In this document: positions 1-9,532 of the stretch, in pieces
How positions within the stretch are numbered: the stretch's first letter is position 1
Layout of the letters: the number at the start of each line of letters is the position of its first letter
Source: Candidatus Poribacteria bacterium
GTDB taxonomy: Bacteria; Poribacteria; WGA-4E; WGA-3G
Assembly (NCBI GenBank): GCA_965242965.1
Contig: OZ251518.1
Span: forward strand, 2,272,001-2,336,000
DNA length: 64,000 nucleotides
Reading direction: 5' to 3'
Notes under the pieces: model-generated
Database searches by the model: none
What the model was told of the DNA's origin: nothing
The model's input: the letters and a program-made list of their open reading frames with translations, nothing else
Made by a program: the position numbers and the translations under genes

Positions 1-197
1 TTCTGCTCGCGTCAACGTTTATCGGCAGTGCGTTAGCGAAGTTTGGGTTTGAGGAGCTCTTCAAACGGGTGCTTGACAACCTGCGGGAAAAGGGGATGAC
101 AGACGCGGCGATTTTGGAGAAGATTGAGGGGTATCCGATTTCCAAGGAGTTGAAGCGGAGTTTGCGGGAGTCTATGGCTTCTCGCGGTGATGCCTAG
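1..197 (+). CDS. 3' end of hypothetical protein (partial, runs off window start)
   Basis: Open frame from nt 3: LLASTFIGSALAKFGFEELFKRVLDNLREKGMTDAAILEKIEGYPISKELKRSLRESMASRGDA, stop TAG 195-197. Confidence 0.6.
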   Translation, partial: LLASTFIGSALAKFGFEELFKRVLDNLREKGMTDAAILEKIEGYPISKELKRSLRESMASRGDA

Positions 198-240
198 TTC
201 ATTTCTGTAGTTTGGGCTCGCCCGAGCCCGAACCGGGTTA

Positions 241-1251
241 GAATCAGGCAAGTTTGACCTAATCCGTCAACGGATCCCTACATTCAAGCGAAGGGTTTTT
301 GCCATGGATGACGGTGGCGAAAATTGATACCGAGATTTGATAATACGGGAACCTCTTAACACTGACTCGGTCTATATCCGCGATCGAGTTCATATACCAA
401 TTAAGAGCGTTTCCAAGCGGTACCGCCTCGTTCAACATCGGGACGTTTTCGATGCATTAGCGGCAGCATTGGGGCAAATTGTCCCAGATGTCCAGTCGCT
501 CGATCCTAAACTGAAGCTCACCGAGTATGGCGAAAGGATGTGGGTTAATTTTACCTTACCCAATTATCGCCTAAATGAAGGGGAAAACTCTCCTATCGTT
601 CTCGTGGTGAATGGTTTAAATTCGGTAGATGCAACCGCATCACTAGATATTAAGTTAAGTTGGGTTGATAACGATTCTGGCATCCGAATACCGTACGGGA
701 TGGTATCCGGATATTGGAAGCAGGTGAATTTCAGGAGAAAACACCTGAAAAAGAAAAAACAATCGGAAACGGTTGATTCTGAAGGAATCGCGGAATTTTC
801 TGCAGAAATCAGAGGATTCTTAACGTCGCACCTTCACCAACTTACAACGGAACAAAGTCGATACAAAAGGTGGGTCGAGGCATCGGTAAGTTGGGGACAA
901 CTTGTCGGTTGGATTGACAATGACCTGAAGAAAAAATGGGGATTGGGCTCAGCTGTAAGAGCCTATCATATTGCCAAAACAGGACATGACGTTCGGGTTG
1001 AAACTCTTGATAAAGAAAAAGAAGCGAATATCAAGCCAATCAAGCCATCCGAACATGAAGTTGTCCTGGCAAATGAAGTCCCCTACGACTTCGCGCCGGT
1101 AGAAAATGCCTTCCATGTTAGTCAAGTTCTCGGTTGGATTGCTAGCCGGCAAGGCACAATACCGGGGCAGCTTAAATGGATGGATATTCCGCCCCTAATG
1201 GAGTCCTTGTTGAAACGGGAGAAACAGCTCGCGCTGAGACTTGGAGGATAG
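241..1251 (+). pseudogene. DUF932-like protein, 5'-damaged (in-frame TGA at 325-327; N-terminus cut off by a REP)
   Basis: ORF 337-1251 has VSKRYRLVQHRDVF...YGERMWVNF...NSVD, typical of DUF932. The same frame continues upstream (ESGKFDLIRQRIPTFKRRVFAMDDGGEN*YRDLIIRE) through one TGA and ends at a GTAG hairpin at 207-233. Confidence 0.5.
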
Positions 1252-1406
1252 TGCAGTTAGTTTACGGGCTGCATTTGCGTCAACTCTCAAAGCGGCAGAG
1301 ATTCCCGTATGCACAACGTCGCATGCGGACAACGCACTGCATCGTGGAACGTTCGGTGCGGTACCACTCGGAAGATTATCCCTAGGGATTACGAGAAGGA
1401 CAGAAT

Positions 1407-2150
1407 ATGGAATTTCAGATCAACGAAACCGAAAAGCAGATTGCCATCTTTTTGCCGATGACGACTCCGACAGGGAAAGCACGCGTTAAGCGGCCGATTG
1501 AGGAACAGCAGGCAGAACCACTCGCAACTCGGCAGCAAACGCTTGAACCCGATGACTATATTGAATGGCAGATTGCTTACGAAACGAGCGACGAGACTGA
1601 ACCTTCTGCTTTAGAAGAAGTGCAGTTCACAAAAGGACAGGAAACTCGTTACGGGGCTGAACTCACTCGACTTCTCGTCGAGTCAAGGCACCTCGGCCTT
1701 CTCTTGCAACAAGACTTTGAAGAGTTAAAGGAATTAATTGGCGCGCCGCTCACAAACGGCATTGAAGAATCCGATAGAATCCTCTTAAGACACTCACCGG
1801 GGGATCTGCTCGCGACGAGACACGGGTTCGCACGGTTCGTTCTTGAGGTGCCGTTTTATGAAAAACGAACCCCCGAGTACGCCATCCAGATTAGCATCTC
1901 AAAAAAGCAACGGGCTGTTGGAAACCAAGCTATGGTTTACGTGTGTTTGCCTATTGCGCATTGCACGTCACGTTCCGCGGAGAATTCCTTCATCGGGCGA
2001 ATAGCAGACGTGAAAGAGGAGGCGACGTATTGCATCACTTCCGCAAACGTGAGTCTGATTATCGATGCAATTGTCGCCTTCGCGATTGCTTCCCAAAACC
2101 ATCGGGAGGATTTTAAACGCATCTTTGAAAAGGTTGAGGCCCTTCCATGA
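1407..2150 (+). CDS. R.PabI-family (HALFPIPE) restriction DNA glycosylase
   Basis: Motifs LPMTTPTGKARVK, YIEWQIAY, KKQRAVGNQAMVYVCLP and AIASQNHRED match recalled R.PabI motifs (LPITRPTSKIRVK, IAWQISY, KQRAVGYQSMVYVCIP, IASETHKND). Confidence 0.85.
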   Translation: MEFQINETEKQIAIFLPMTTPTGKARVKRPIEEQQAEPLATRQQTLEPDDYIEWQIAYETSDETEPSALEEVQFTKGQETRYGAELTRLLVESRHLGLLLQQDFEELKELIGAPLTNGIEESDRILLRHSPGDLLATRHGFARFVLEVPFYEKRTPEYAIQISISKKQRAVGNQAMVYVCLPIAHCTSRSAENSFIGRIADVKEEATYCITSANVSLIIDAIVAFAIASQNHREDFKRIFEKVEALP

Positions 2151-2926
2151 AAACTAACCGCATCATCACCGGCGATGCATGCCACGAATTGCCCAAACTC
2201 CCCGATAACAGCTTCCAAGCCATCATCGCTGACCCGCCCTACTACAACGTCCTCACCGAGGAAGCATGGGATACACAATGGCACTCCGAAGAGGCTTATC
2301 TTGCCTGGTCTCTGCAGTGGGCGCGGGAGTGTATGCGGCTATTGAAAGACGATGGACTCTTTTTCTGCTTCGGGCAACTCGGCAAGCGCGAGCATGTCTT
2401 CATCCATCTCATGTCGCGCCTCTGCACCGAATTTCAGTTCCATGACCTGGTTATCTGGGATCGAGCAGTCGGATACAACGAACGCCGCGATAGTTTCACG
2501 CCTGCATACGAAATGATTCTGGTGCTCCGCAAAAGTGAGCAGGTGAAATTTATCAAGGATGCCATCCGCATTCCTTACGATGAGGAGACGATTGCGGCAT
2601 ATCTCAAGGACAATCGCTACAAGGACAAAGCCGCGCGGCATCAGCATCTGCTGGCGGGTAAATATGCAACAAATCTGCTGCGCGTTCCGAGTCTGAAAGG
2701 GAGCTCCAAAGAGAAGTGTGGGCATCCGAGTCAAAAGCCTTCCGGGCTCATTGAGAAGTTGCTTCTCTGTTCAACGGAGGCAGGCGATCTGGTGCTGGAT
2801 CCGTTTTTAGGTTCAGGGACGACAGCAGTTGTTGCGCAGACGCAGGAAAGAGACTGGCTGGGAATAGAGCGCAATCCGTGCTATGTGAAGATAGCAATGC
2901 GGCGTTTGGAGGAGCGGCTTCTCTAG
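2147..2926 (+). CDS. Beta-class N6/N4 DNA methyltransferase, cognate MTase of the PabI-like enzyme
   Basis: IADPPY motif IV, then HPSQKP and LDPFLGSGTT motif I; ATGA overlap with the upstream gene. Confidence 0.9.
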   Translation: MKTNRIITGDACHELPKLPDNSFQAIIADPPYYNVLTEEAWDTQWHSEEAYLAWSLQWARECMRLLKDDGLFFCFGQLGKREHVFIHLMSRLCTEFQFHDLVIWDRAVGYNERRDSFTPAYEMILVLRKSEQVKFIKDAIRIPYDEETIAAYLKDNRYKDKAARHQHLLAGKYATNLLRVPSLKGSSKEKCGHPSQKPSGLIEKLLLCSTEAGDLVLDPFLGSGTTAVVAQTQERDWLGIERNPCYVKIAMRRLEERLL

Positions 2927-3017
2927 CGTGCCGGCCGCTCTCCTTTTCAAGCGTGATCTTTCGCAGCTCCGCTTGTTCGGGCTCAGGCAAGCCCGAACTA
3001 CAGAAGTTAATGAGCGG

Positions 3018-3584
3018 CTACGCCTCCGCGGCGGATACCAAGTCAAGTTCCGTGAGAAAGGACAGCACACTTTCAATGTCCTCCTCACTCACGTACCATC
3101 CATATTCTTTGGCGACTTGGCGGACCTCTTCAACGGTGCTTTTCTCTCTCCAATTGACAATGTAATGCACCTTCGCGGCGATGAAGAGTTGGTTGAAATC
3201 GTGGGAGATAGGCTGCGCGTTGATACGGTCCAGGGCATCTTTCCATTTTGGAAAATCCTGTTCCTTCTCAATGTCGCTCCACACCTCGTAGGCTTCCTCG
3301 GTTAAGGAATAGGTGTGTCGGCGAATTTCACCGAAGACACTCCGGTGGGGCGAAGCCGTTTTGAAGGACTCTGTCTCTTCCCTAACGAATCCGTGCCCGA
3401 CTAAACTCGCGAGCTGCCCCGCAACTGCACTACTGTAGGGACCGTAGCGATGTGCGGTGAAGTCTAAATTGACTCCCACCAAGACAGATGAGAAATAGAG
3501 TTTCTTTTGCAGGAGCGTTCTCCCGCATAACCCCTCTTCTCCTGCCTCGTTGATAACGAGGAGGATGACATCCATCGTGTACAT
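3018..3584 (-). CDS. YwgA/DUF4065 (Panacea-like) winged-helix protein
   Basis: GRTLLQKKLYF...FTAHRYGPYS motif; SD AAGGAG upstream. Confidence 0.6.
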   Translation of the reverse strand: MYTMDVILLVINEAGEEGLCGRTLLQKKLYFSSVLVGVNLDFTAHRYGPYSSAVAGQLASLVGHGFVREETESFKTASPHRSVFGEIRRHTYSLTEEAYEVWSDIEKEQDFPKWKDALDRINAQPISHDFNQLFIAAKVHYIVNWREKSTVEEVRQVAKEYGWYVSEEDIESVLSFLTELDLVSAAEA

Positions 3585-3729
3585 GTTGTCTCCTTTTAAT
3601 CAGAACGCAAAATGTCTTGAATTTCTACCTCACGTTCCAACAGGTCCTGTTTTTTCGCCAGATCGAGTGGCGCGTAAACCTGCACGGCCTCTGCTGCCCT
3701 GATTCAGGCAACCCACGCCGAAATCGCCC

Positions 3730-4344
3730 TTATTCGCTCGCGCCGGCATCTGACATTGTCAATTCAAACACGGTGTTCAACACGCCGAAAAGTCCCGGCA
3801 AATTATCTACACTAAAACCGGTCCGGTTTTGCGTAAAGGCATCGCCGACAAGCCGCCCAAATTGCCACCATATTCCATCGGTGACAATACCATACACAGG
3901 CAAAGCCGCATCGTCATTGATTTTCTGGGCTGCCACCAATTCAGCAAGACATTGGCCCCAGCCCATCTCAAAATCGTTTTTCTTCGCCTCAACCAGAATA
4001 ACTAAGGGCTTCCCAACTACAGGGCGGCCTAACGCAGACCGGGTAGAGACGAAGTAATCCGGGGTGCCGCTCAATGTCTCATTGCAAAAGATGGATTTCT
4101 TTATCCAGAGCGCGTAGCGATGCGCGTACGCCTTGTAGACTTCCTTCAAAATAGGAAAAATAGCTGCCTCACACCGCGCGCCCTCAGACGCGAAAACATC
4201 AACGTGTTGCCTTGTCCACTCGAAATCCTCAAGGAAATGCGCCGATGGGTTTGATCCTTCACTGTGGAGGAAGTCACTTTCCGTATACGTAATCTGAAAT
4301 TTTTCTAGGACTTCAGACACATTTTTAAAATCGCTGAAAGCCAT
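3730..4344 (-). CDS. PD-(D/E)xK nuclease-fold protein (HsdR-N-like)
   Basis: SGTPDY...LVEAKK...WGQCLAEL...YGIVTDGIWWQFG. Confidence 0.7.
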   Translation of the reverse strand: MAFSDFKNVSEVLEKFQITYTESDFLHSEGSNPSAHFLEDFEWTRQHVDVFASEGARCEAAIFPILKEVYKAYAHRYALWIKKSIFCNETLSGTPDYFVSTRSALGRPVVGKPLVILVEAKKNDFEMGWGQCLAELVAAQKINDDAALPVYGIVTDGIWWQFGRLVGDAFTQNRTGFSVDNLPGLFGVLNTVFELTMSDAGASE

Positions 4345-4437
4345 AAATGTCACCTTCCTAGCTATTATGATAACACTTTTGACAGATGCATGTCAACTGA
4401 AATTTATTGCGAAATTGTGAAAACTAAATTGTTCTGA

Positions 4438-5607
4438 TCACAGCGCAAGATGTGTCTCACATGCGCGGAGCACCGCCGAAACCGCAATCGTATGCATGCA
4501 CGGCGAGGTGCCATCCGACAACGCCTTGCATCCATACTCAAACCCTAAATTGAGACACGGACTACACGAGAACCCCTGCGCATGAAGCACTGTCGCATTA
4601 ACTGCCCACGGACCCCACTGCGCCGAATGGGTGGGACCATGCAACGCGATGACTGGCGTGCCTGCCGCAGCGGCGAGATGCATCGGGCCGCAGTTGCCAC
4701 TAATGACGAGGTTAGCGTGCGAGAAGAGCGCGGCGAGTTGATTGATACGCGTTTTTCCTGCCAACATCACCGGACGCTGCTTCGTCTCCGACGCAATCTG
4801 TTGTGAGACTTCTACCTCGTCCGGCGCGCCGGTCAGGATAATCTGTGCATCATAGCGCGCGACGAGGGCATCCGCTAATTGGACATAACGTTCTAGTGGC
4901 CAGCGTCGGCGAGGTTCGCCGCGTCTGCCTGCTTCCGGGTGCAGCACAACGATAGGTTTGTCCTCCCCAACGTCTTTCCCGTAGGCGAGATTTCCTTGTA
5001 TCAATGCCTGTTCCAGGGTCTCCTGTATCCACTTTCGTTCCGCATCGCTCACCCAAACTTCCAGATGTGTGCCTTGCGGTGGACATTCCAGCCGATAACC
5101 CAGGTCTAAAAAATTCAGCACTTCATGCCGCCCTGGCGTGTGCGGAACTACCTCGGTGAAGAGGAAGTGTCGATGCTGTCCATTAGCACTGAATCCGATG
5201 CGCATCGGCGCGCCGCTGGCATAGGCAAGCAACGCACTCAGGCGCGGCCAATGCTCTAAATCGATTGCCCAATCGTAACGTTCGCGGCGAAGGGTAGCGA
5301 GGAGTTCATAAGAAATGCCGCCGCGAAAGGCGACGCGCGCGTCAATGTAGGGACAGTGCGCCAAATAGTCCAGATTTATGGGTGAGGCGAGTATCGTGAG
5401 GTGGGCATTCGGGAAGCGGTGCCGGATTGCGCGCAGCGTTGGCACCGCTAAAATGGTATCGCCTAAGGCAGAGAGTTGGATAACTAGGATTTTGTTGGGA
5501 GATGCAGTCCGACTAGGGGATGCACGCCTGCGGAAGCCGCCGAGCAAAAAGCACAGCGGGATGCCGAGGTACCGGTCTAACTGTTTTTGAAGATGATTGG
5601 ATTGCAT
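4438..5607 (-). CDS. Glycosyltransferase family 9 (heptosyltransferase-like)
   Basis: ILVIQLSALGDTIL, RRWPLERY, GNCGPMHLAAA, GPT...WGP; start inferred at MQSNH. Confidence 0.9.
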   Translation of the reverse strand: MQSNHLQKQLDRYLGIPLCFLLGGFRRRASPSRTASPNKILVIQLSALGDTILAVPTLRAIRHRFPNAHLTILASPINLDYLAHCPYIDARVAFRGGISYELLATLRRERYDWAIDLEHWPRLSALLAYASGAPMRIGFSANGQHRHFLFTEVVPHTPGRHEVLNFLDLGYRLECPPQGTHLEVWVSDAERKWIQETLEQALIQGNLAYGKDVGEDKPIVVLHPEAGRRGEPRRRWPLERYVQLADALVARYDAQIILTGAPDEVEVSQQIASETKQRPVMLAGKTRINQLAALFSHANLVISGNCGPMHLAAAAGTPVIALHGPTHSAQWGPWAVNATVLHAQGFSCSPCLNLGFEYGCKALSDGTSPCMHTIAVSAVLRACETHLAL

Positions 5608-5721
5608 GTTTTTGTTGTTCGCGAGGCGTTCGCATAGCGGTGTTGGTTCAATAAAGCCGTCATTGAGGTTGTCAATGACTGGATTTTTGTTGCTAATTTT
5701 TATCACTTTATCGGTTTAAGT

Positions 5722-5987
5722 GAGGGTGTTTCATAACTCCGTTTCGGTATTTATCCTGCCTTGGAGGATGGGCGAATACCGGAGGGCATCGGGCCCACCT
5801 CTGTAGTTCGGGAGCGCCCGCTCCCGAACGGGTCAGGATCAGGCGATCCTGACCTACAGGGGTGAGGAGGTCTGACAGCCAAACGGATGGCGAGGGACAG
5901 GCCCTCGCCCTACGTGAAGGGGCGGCGTTTTTTCACCGTAGCGCGGGGCCTGTCCCCGCAACGTTGAGCGATTTATGAAACCCCTTC
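5722..5987. mobile_element. MITE-like REP-cargo element, copy 1 (266 bp)
   Basis: TIRs GAGGGTGTTTCATAA / TTATGAAACCCCTTC; perfect 8-bp direct repeat GTTTAAGT at 5714-5721 and 5988-5995. Confidence 0.85.
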
Positions 5988-6070
5988 GTTTAAGTCCAAT
6001 CAATCTCAAACATCCAGAGCCAGATGCCAAAGTGATTTTGTTCGTGAGCGAATCCGCCTTATGCGTCTGT

Positions 6071-6367
6071 CTATAAATCGGTGCACCTGCCTGCCCGTAG
6101 ATTTTCACGGACTTTTTCAGCGAAAGCGTCAAGTTTTCCGGCTTTCACATCTGCCTCAAACTGCTGTGTCCACGCTTCCCAATCAGCCTCTAAGGCTTCA
6201 TGCAGTTCATGCTCAAGCGATTTCAGCAGTGCCGCTTTTGTGCGTTCCTGACATTTGACTTCGGGAACTTCCGGGATCCACCCAATCCATCCCTCGCCGT
6301 TTCTACGGATATGGGCAATATAGGATTCGTCAAATTCCAGATTCCGGATAGTCTGCACTTGTTTCAT
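6071..6367 (-). CDS. Small antitoxin-like protein (HicB-like N-terminus plus 'W..QFEAD..AGKLD' C-terminus)
   Basis: GWIGWIPEVPEVKCQERT, then DWEAWTQQFEADVKAGKLD; SD GGAGG upstream of MKQV. Confidence 0.55.
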   Translation of the reverse strand: MKQVQTIRNLEFDESYIAHIRRNGEGWIGWIPEVPEVKCQERTKAALLKSLEHELHEALEADWEAWTQQFEADVKAGKLDAFAEKVRENLRAGRCTDL

Positions 6368-6422
6368 GGAACCTCCTATGTTCTCACGTTCGTCTTTGGA
6401 CATCCTCCCCTCACAAATTGGA

Positions 6423-6983
6423 CTACTCCGCAGTGGCATAGCCATACAACTCAAACTCGGCGATTTTGGCGAGTGCAGTAATCGGACCGCTGACATAAGT
6501 GACATACTGCCCGCGTTGGTTTTTGCCGCCTTTGACGTTATCGCGTTTCAGTGCGGCATCATCTGTCGTGCCCCGCACCACCAATTTCACGCCTGTTGTC
6601 TTAACAACCTTCCTGAGTCGGATATCAAGGATTTTTTGCGTGTTGCCCCGCGCCTCATGAATTTTATCCCATTCCCCCTGCGAGTTCAACGCCATCAGCG
6701 TGAATTCCTCCAGATTCGGCGAGTGGATCACGATGCGATAGAGTGACTTTTCCACCGGTAAAAAGACAGTCGCCTCTGATGGCACGCCGAGGTCTGTCCG
6801 AAAATCACCTGAACCCTTTTTGCGTCGCGATTTCCCGACAGTCTCCAACCGCCCATCAATGATACCCGGGTCATTCGCTGTTGCACCGGGTAGGCGCGCG
6901 TAGTTTTCACTCCACTGCTGGCCAAGTGTGCAACCGTAGCACAGAAGCAGCAGGACGAGACTCATGTTTCGTTTCAGTTTCAC
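6423..6983 (-). CDS. Secreted or lipoprotein hypothetical, discoidin/galactose-binding-like fold
   Basis: Hydrophobic signal ending in GC; IIDG..ET and IAEFELYG motifs. Confidence 0.55.
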   Translation of the reverse strand: MKLKRNMSLVLLLLCYGCTLGQQWSENYARLPGATANDPGIIDGRLETVGKSRRKKGSGDFRTDLGVPSEATVFLPVEKSLYRIVIHSPNLEEFTLMALNSQGEWDKIHEARGNTQKILDIRLRKVVKTTGVKLVVRGTTDDAALKRDNVKGGKNQRGQYVTYVSGPITALAKIAEFELYGYATAE

Positions 6984-6985
6984 GC

Positions 6986-7987
6986 TCAGTTCCTCCTCGG
7001 ATTTAATTCTTCAATCGCCTGAAGGATGTCGCTTTTCTCCAATTTTCGCAAGTTAAACTGCAATTCTTTAAAGAACGGCACCAAATCCACGCCTGCGGCT
7101 TTGCTGAAGTAGTAGACGAGAAAACTGTTATTCATCGTGCCCGGGAGCCTTTGGTGGAGCCGGTCTGCTTCCATCATCCGGAAAACCCGGATGTAAAAAT
7201 CGTCGCCGTAATCTTCACGGAGTTTTGAGACGATGGAGTAGGAGTAGTTATACCGCCAGCGCGTGAGCGGACCGCCTGTCAGCGGACTCGTACCGGTGTG
7301 CCCCTTCCAGTCCTCAAGCGCGTTGACACCGTCAAGGTTGAGTTTTAAATCCCTGTCTAGATGGAGTTTGGTATGCGAGTTACCTTTCGCATACTCCGCC
7401 TGAATGAGCCCGGCAAGTCCCTCTGAAAACCACGTTGGAAGGAAATAGATATTGGTGAACGCGTGCGTTAATTCATGCGCCCTCACGTCATGCTGTTCAT
7501 ACATAGCGATCGGGAAATTCATCGTGATTTCGGTGACGAATTTCAGATAGGCACCGTCCTGATATCCTTGGCGATAACTGGTTCCGGTAGTCGCCGCGCT
7601 CCTGGTCCCCCGATAGACATCATACAAAGTCACGTGAATTTTATGTTTCGGTTGAAAGCCGAAGTAGTCGTTCATCGCATCGTAGAGGCTCTCCATGTAT
7701 CCGAGCGCGCTGAGCGCGAAGGTGTGCCGTTCTGCCGGCGTATCAAACGCCTCCAGCACGCGTAAATCTTCGTTGAAGGTGAGGGTATAGTGGTCACTTT
7801 CCCCGAAGAGCGCGTCCGGTGCAATCTGAATGTTTGCCGACGAAGGCGCGAGCATGAGCGTGTCAGCAGTCCGCTCTTCAATCAGGCGTGCCTCTCGCTT
7901 CTGTTGCGCCTCCTGCAAAGCGGTGCATCCGCTGAAAAGGGACGTTACCGCGATGAAAAAGAGTAAAGTTGCGATTCTGTGTTTCAT
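6986..7987 (-). CDS. Lipoprotein, gluzincin (HExxH) metallopeptidase-like
   Basis: Lipobox FSGC; AHELTH...WFSEGLA. Confidence 0.7.
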   Translation of the reverse strand: MKHRIATLLFFIAVTSLFSGCTALQEAQQKREARLIEERTADTLMLAPSSANIQIAPDALFGESDHYTLTFNEDLRVLEAFDTPAERHTFALSALGYMESLYDAMNDYFGFQPKHKIHVTLYDVYRGTRSAATTGTSYRQGYQDGAYLKFVTEITMNFPIAMYEQHDVRAHELTHAFTNIYFLPTWFSEGLAGLIQAEYAKGNSHTKLHLDRDLKLNLDGVNALEDWKGHTGTSPLTGGPLTRWRYNYSYSIVSKLREDYGDDFYIRVFRMMEADRLHQRLPGTMNNSFLVYYFSKAAGVDLVPFFKELQFNLRKLEKSDILQAIEELNPRRN

Positions 7988-8116
7988 AGTTTATTTTTTT
8001 ATTTTAATCGGCGGGGGACAGGCCCCCGCCCTACGGTATTTCAAGGGGCTTGGTATCTGCGCCGTTGCATCAAGAACGTGAGACAGGTCCCCGCCCTACG
8101 GTATCTCTACGGTATC

Positions 8117-9529
8117 TCAATGGGCTGATGGCAGCGGCACTGCCTTCGTTTTGTCGCCGATGCGCCGCATGGTGATGTCCTGTTCAAGCGTCGGATCGGG
8201 GAGGCCGGTTTCGGTGAGACGGCGTTGCAGGAACGCATCCATATCGCCGCGCAAGCGCGCAACCACATTATCCGCTTCCTCTGCGAGATTGTAGACTTCG
8301 TCCGGGTCATCCTCTAAATCGTAGAGTTCTATTTCCGGCGTATTATAGACAGCCGGCGTGCCGCCCGTTTCAATAATCAACTTCCACTGCTTGGTTTGCC
8401 ACCCGCGCTTCTTCATCCAGCCGCACTCGGTGAGGTAAATAGCATCCGCTGTGCCATCGTGCGAACCACTCTCCATGACAGCCCGCAAACTTGCGCCTTC
8501 CATTTTTTCGCGTTCTGCAAGTGTGGATTGCCCGGCGTAATCCAATAGCGTCGGCGCGATATCCTTCAGGCTGACTAAGCCGTCCAACCGCTGGCCGCCA
8601 GCAATCAAATCAGGACAGTGGACGATGAGCGGCACGTGACAGTTAGTCTGATAGAGTCCGTGATGGTCATACCAAAGTTCATGTTCGTCCAATTCTTCCC
8701 CATGGTCGGCGGTAATGACAAGGAGCGTTTCCTCCAGCAGCTCGGCATCTTGCAAATATCGGAAGAGTTGCGCGAGGCACGCATCCATATACGCGATGGA
8801 GGCATCATACTGCGCGTTGACATACCGTCTGTCTGTCCACAACCGCGCTTTGTTCAAATTCGGGGAAAGGGTGTCCGCATCGCCAGGGTCCGGCGTATAC
8901 ATCCACTGCCGGAAATAGTCGGTGAACGGTTCGCATGCGTAAACGGCATCCATGCTGCGGTTGCTCGGGTCGCACTCGTCGCCGCTATAAAACATCTGCT
9001 CAAACGGCATCGGCGGCAAATAAGGCGTGTGCGGGTCCCAATAGTGCAGAAACGCAAACCACGGTTTGTCTTGTGCCTGCGCAATGTCTAACAGTTGCAT
9101 CGCTGTCTGATTGACTGCCTCCGCCTTGCGCGCGCCGCGATAACGGGTCTCCCACTGATACCCGCGGTAATGCTCATCTGAAAAGCCGCGTTGAAACCAA
9201 CGTCCGAGGTTATCCGCCGCCACGGTGAAATAGCCTGCTTCGTTCAGCAATTCCGCAACGGTTTTGACGTTCGTCTCCAACTCAAGACTACCGCCTTGTG
9301 TGATGATCTGGTGTGTCAACACATCTTTCCCGGTAAACATCGTCGTATGCGCGGGATGCGTCGGGATGTGCGGGCTGATACAGCTCTCAAACAGCGTCGA
9401 TTTTTCTGCGAGCGCGTCCAGATGCGGGGTTGTCAAATTGCTATGTCCGTAGCAACTCATGCTAGCGGCACGCAGCGTGTCTAATGAAATCAGAATGATA
9501 TTGCGCAAAAGTTTGCACCTCCCCAGCAT
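8117..9529 (-). CDS. Sulfatase-like hydrolase (alkaline phosphatase superfamily)
   Basis: ISLDTLRA, THPAHTTMFTG, HYWDPHTPY, TADHGE, HHGLY, ELYDLEDDP. Confidence 0.9.
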   Translation of the reverse strand: MLGRCKLLRNIILISLDTLRAASMSCYGHSNLTTPHLDALAEKSTLFESCISPHIPTHPAHTTMFTGKDVLTHQIITQGGSLELETNVKTVAELLNEAGYFTVAADNLGRWFQRGFSDEHYRGYQWETRYRGARKAEAVNQTAMQLLDIAQAQDKPWFAFLHYWDPHTPYLPPMPFEQMFYSGDECDPSNRSMDAVYACEPFTDYFRQWMYTPDPGDADTLSPNLNKARLWTDRRYVNAQYDASIAYMDACLAQLFRYLQDAELLEETLLVITADHGEELDEHELWYDHHGLYQTNCHVPLIVHCPDLIAGGQRLDGLVSLKDIAPTLLDYAGQSTLAEREKMEGASLRAVMESGSHDGTADAIYLTECGWMKKRGWQTKQWKLIIETGGTPAVYNTPEIELYDLEDDPDEVYNLAEEADNVVARLRGDMDAFLQRRLTETGLPDPTLEQDITMRRIGDKTKAVPLPSAH

Positions 9530-9532
9530 TCC

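Noticed and set aside
325-327. In-frame TGA as selenocysteine or recoding
   Set aside because: No SECIS-like hairpin recognised, not a redox family, other genes use TGA as stop, and the upstream part has no clear full-length start
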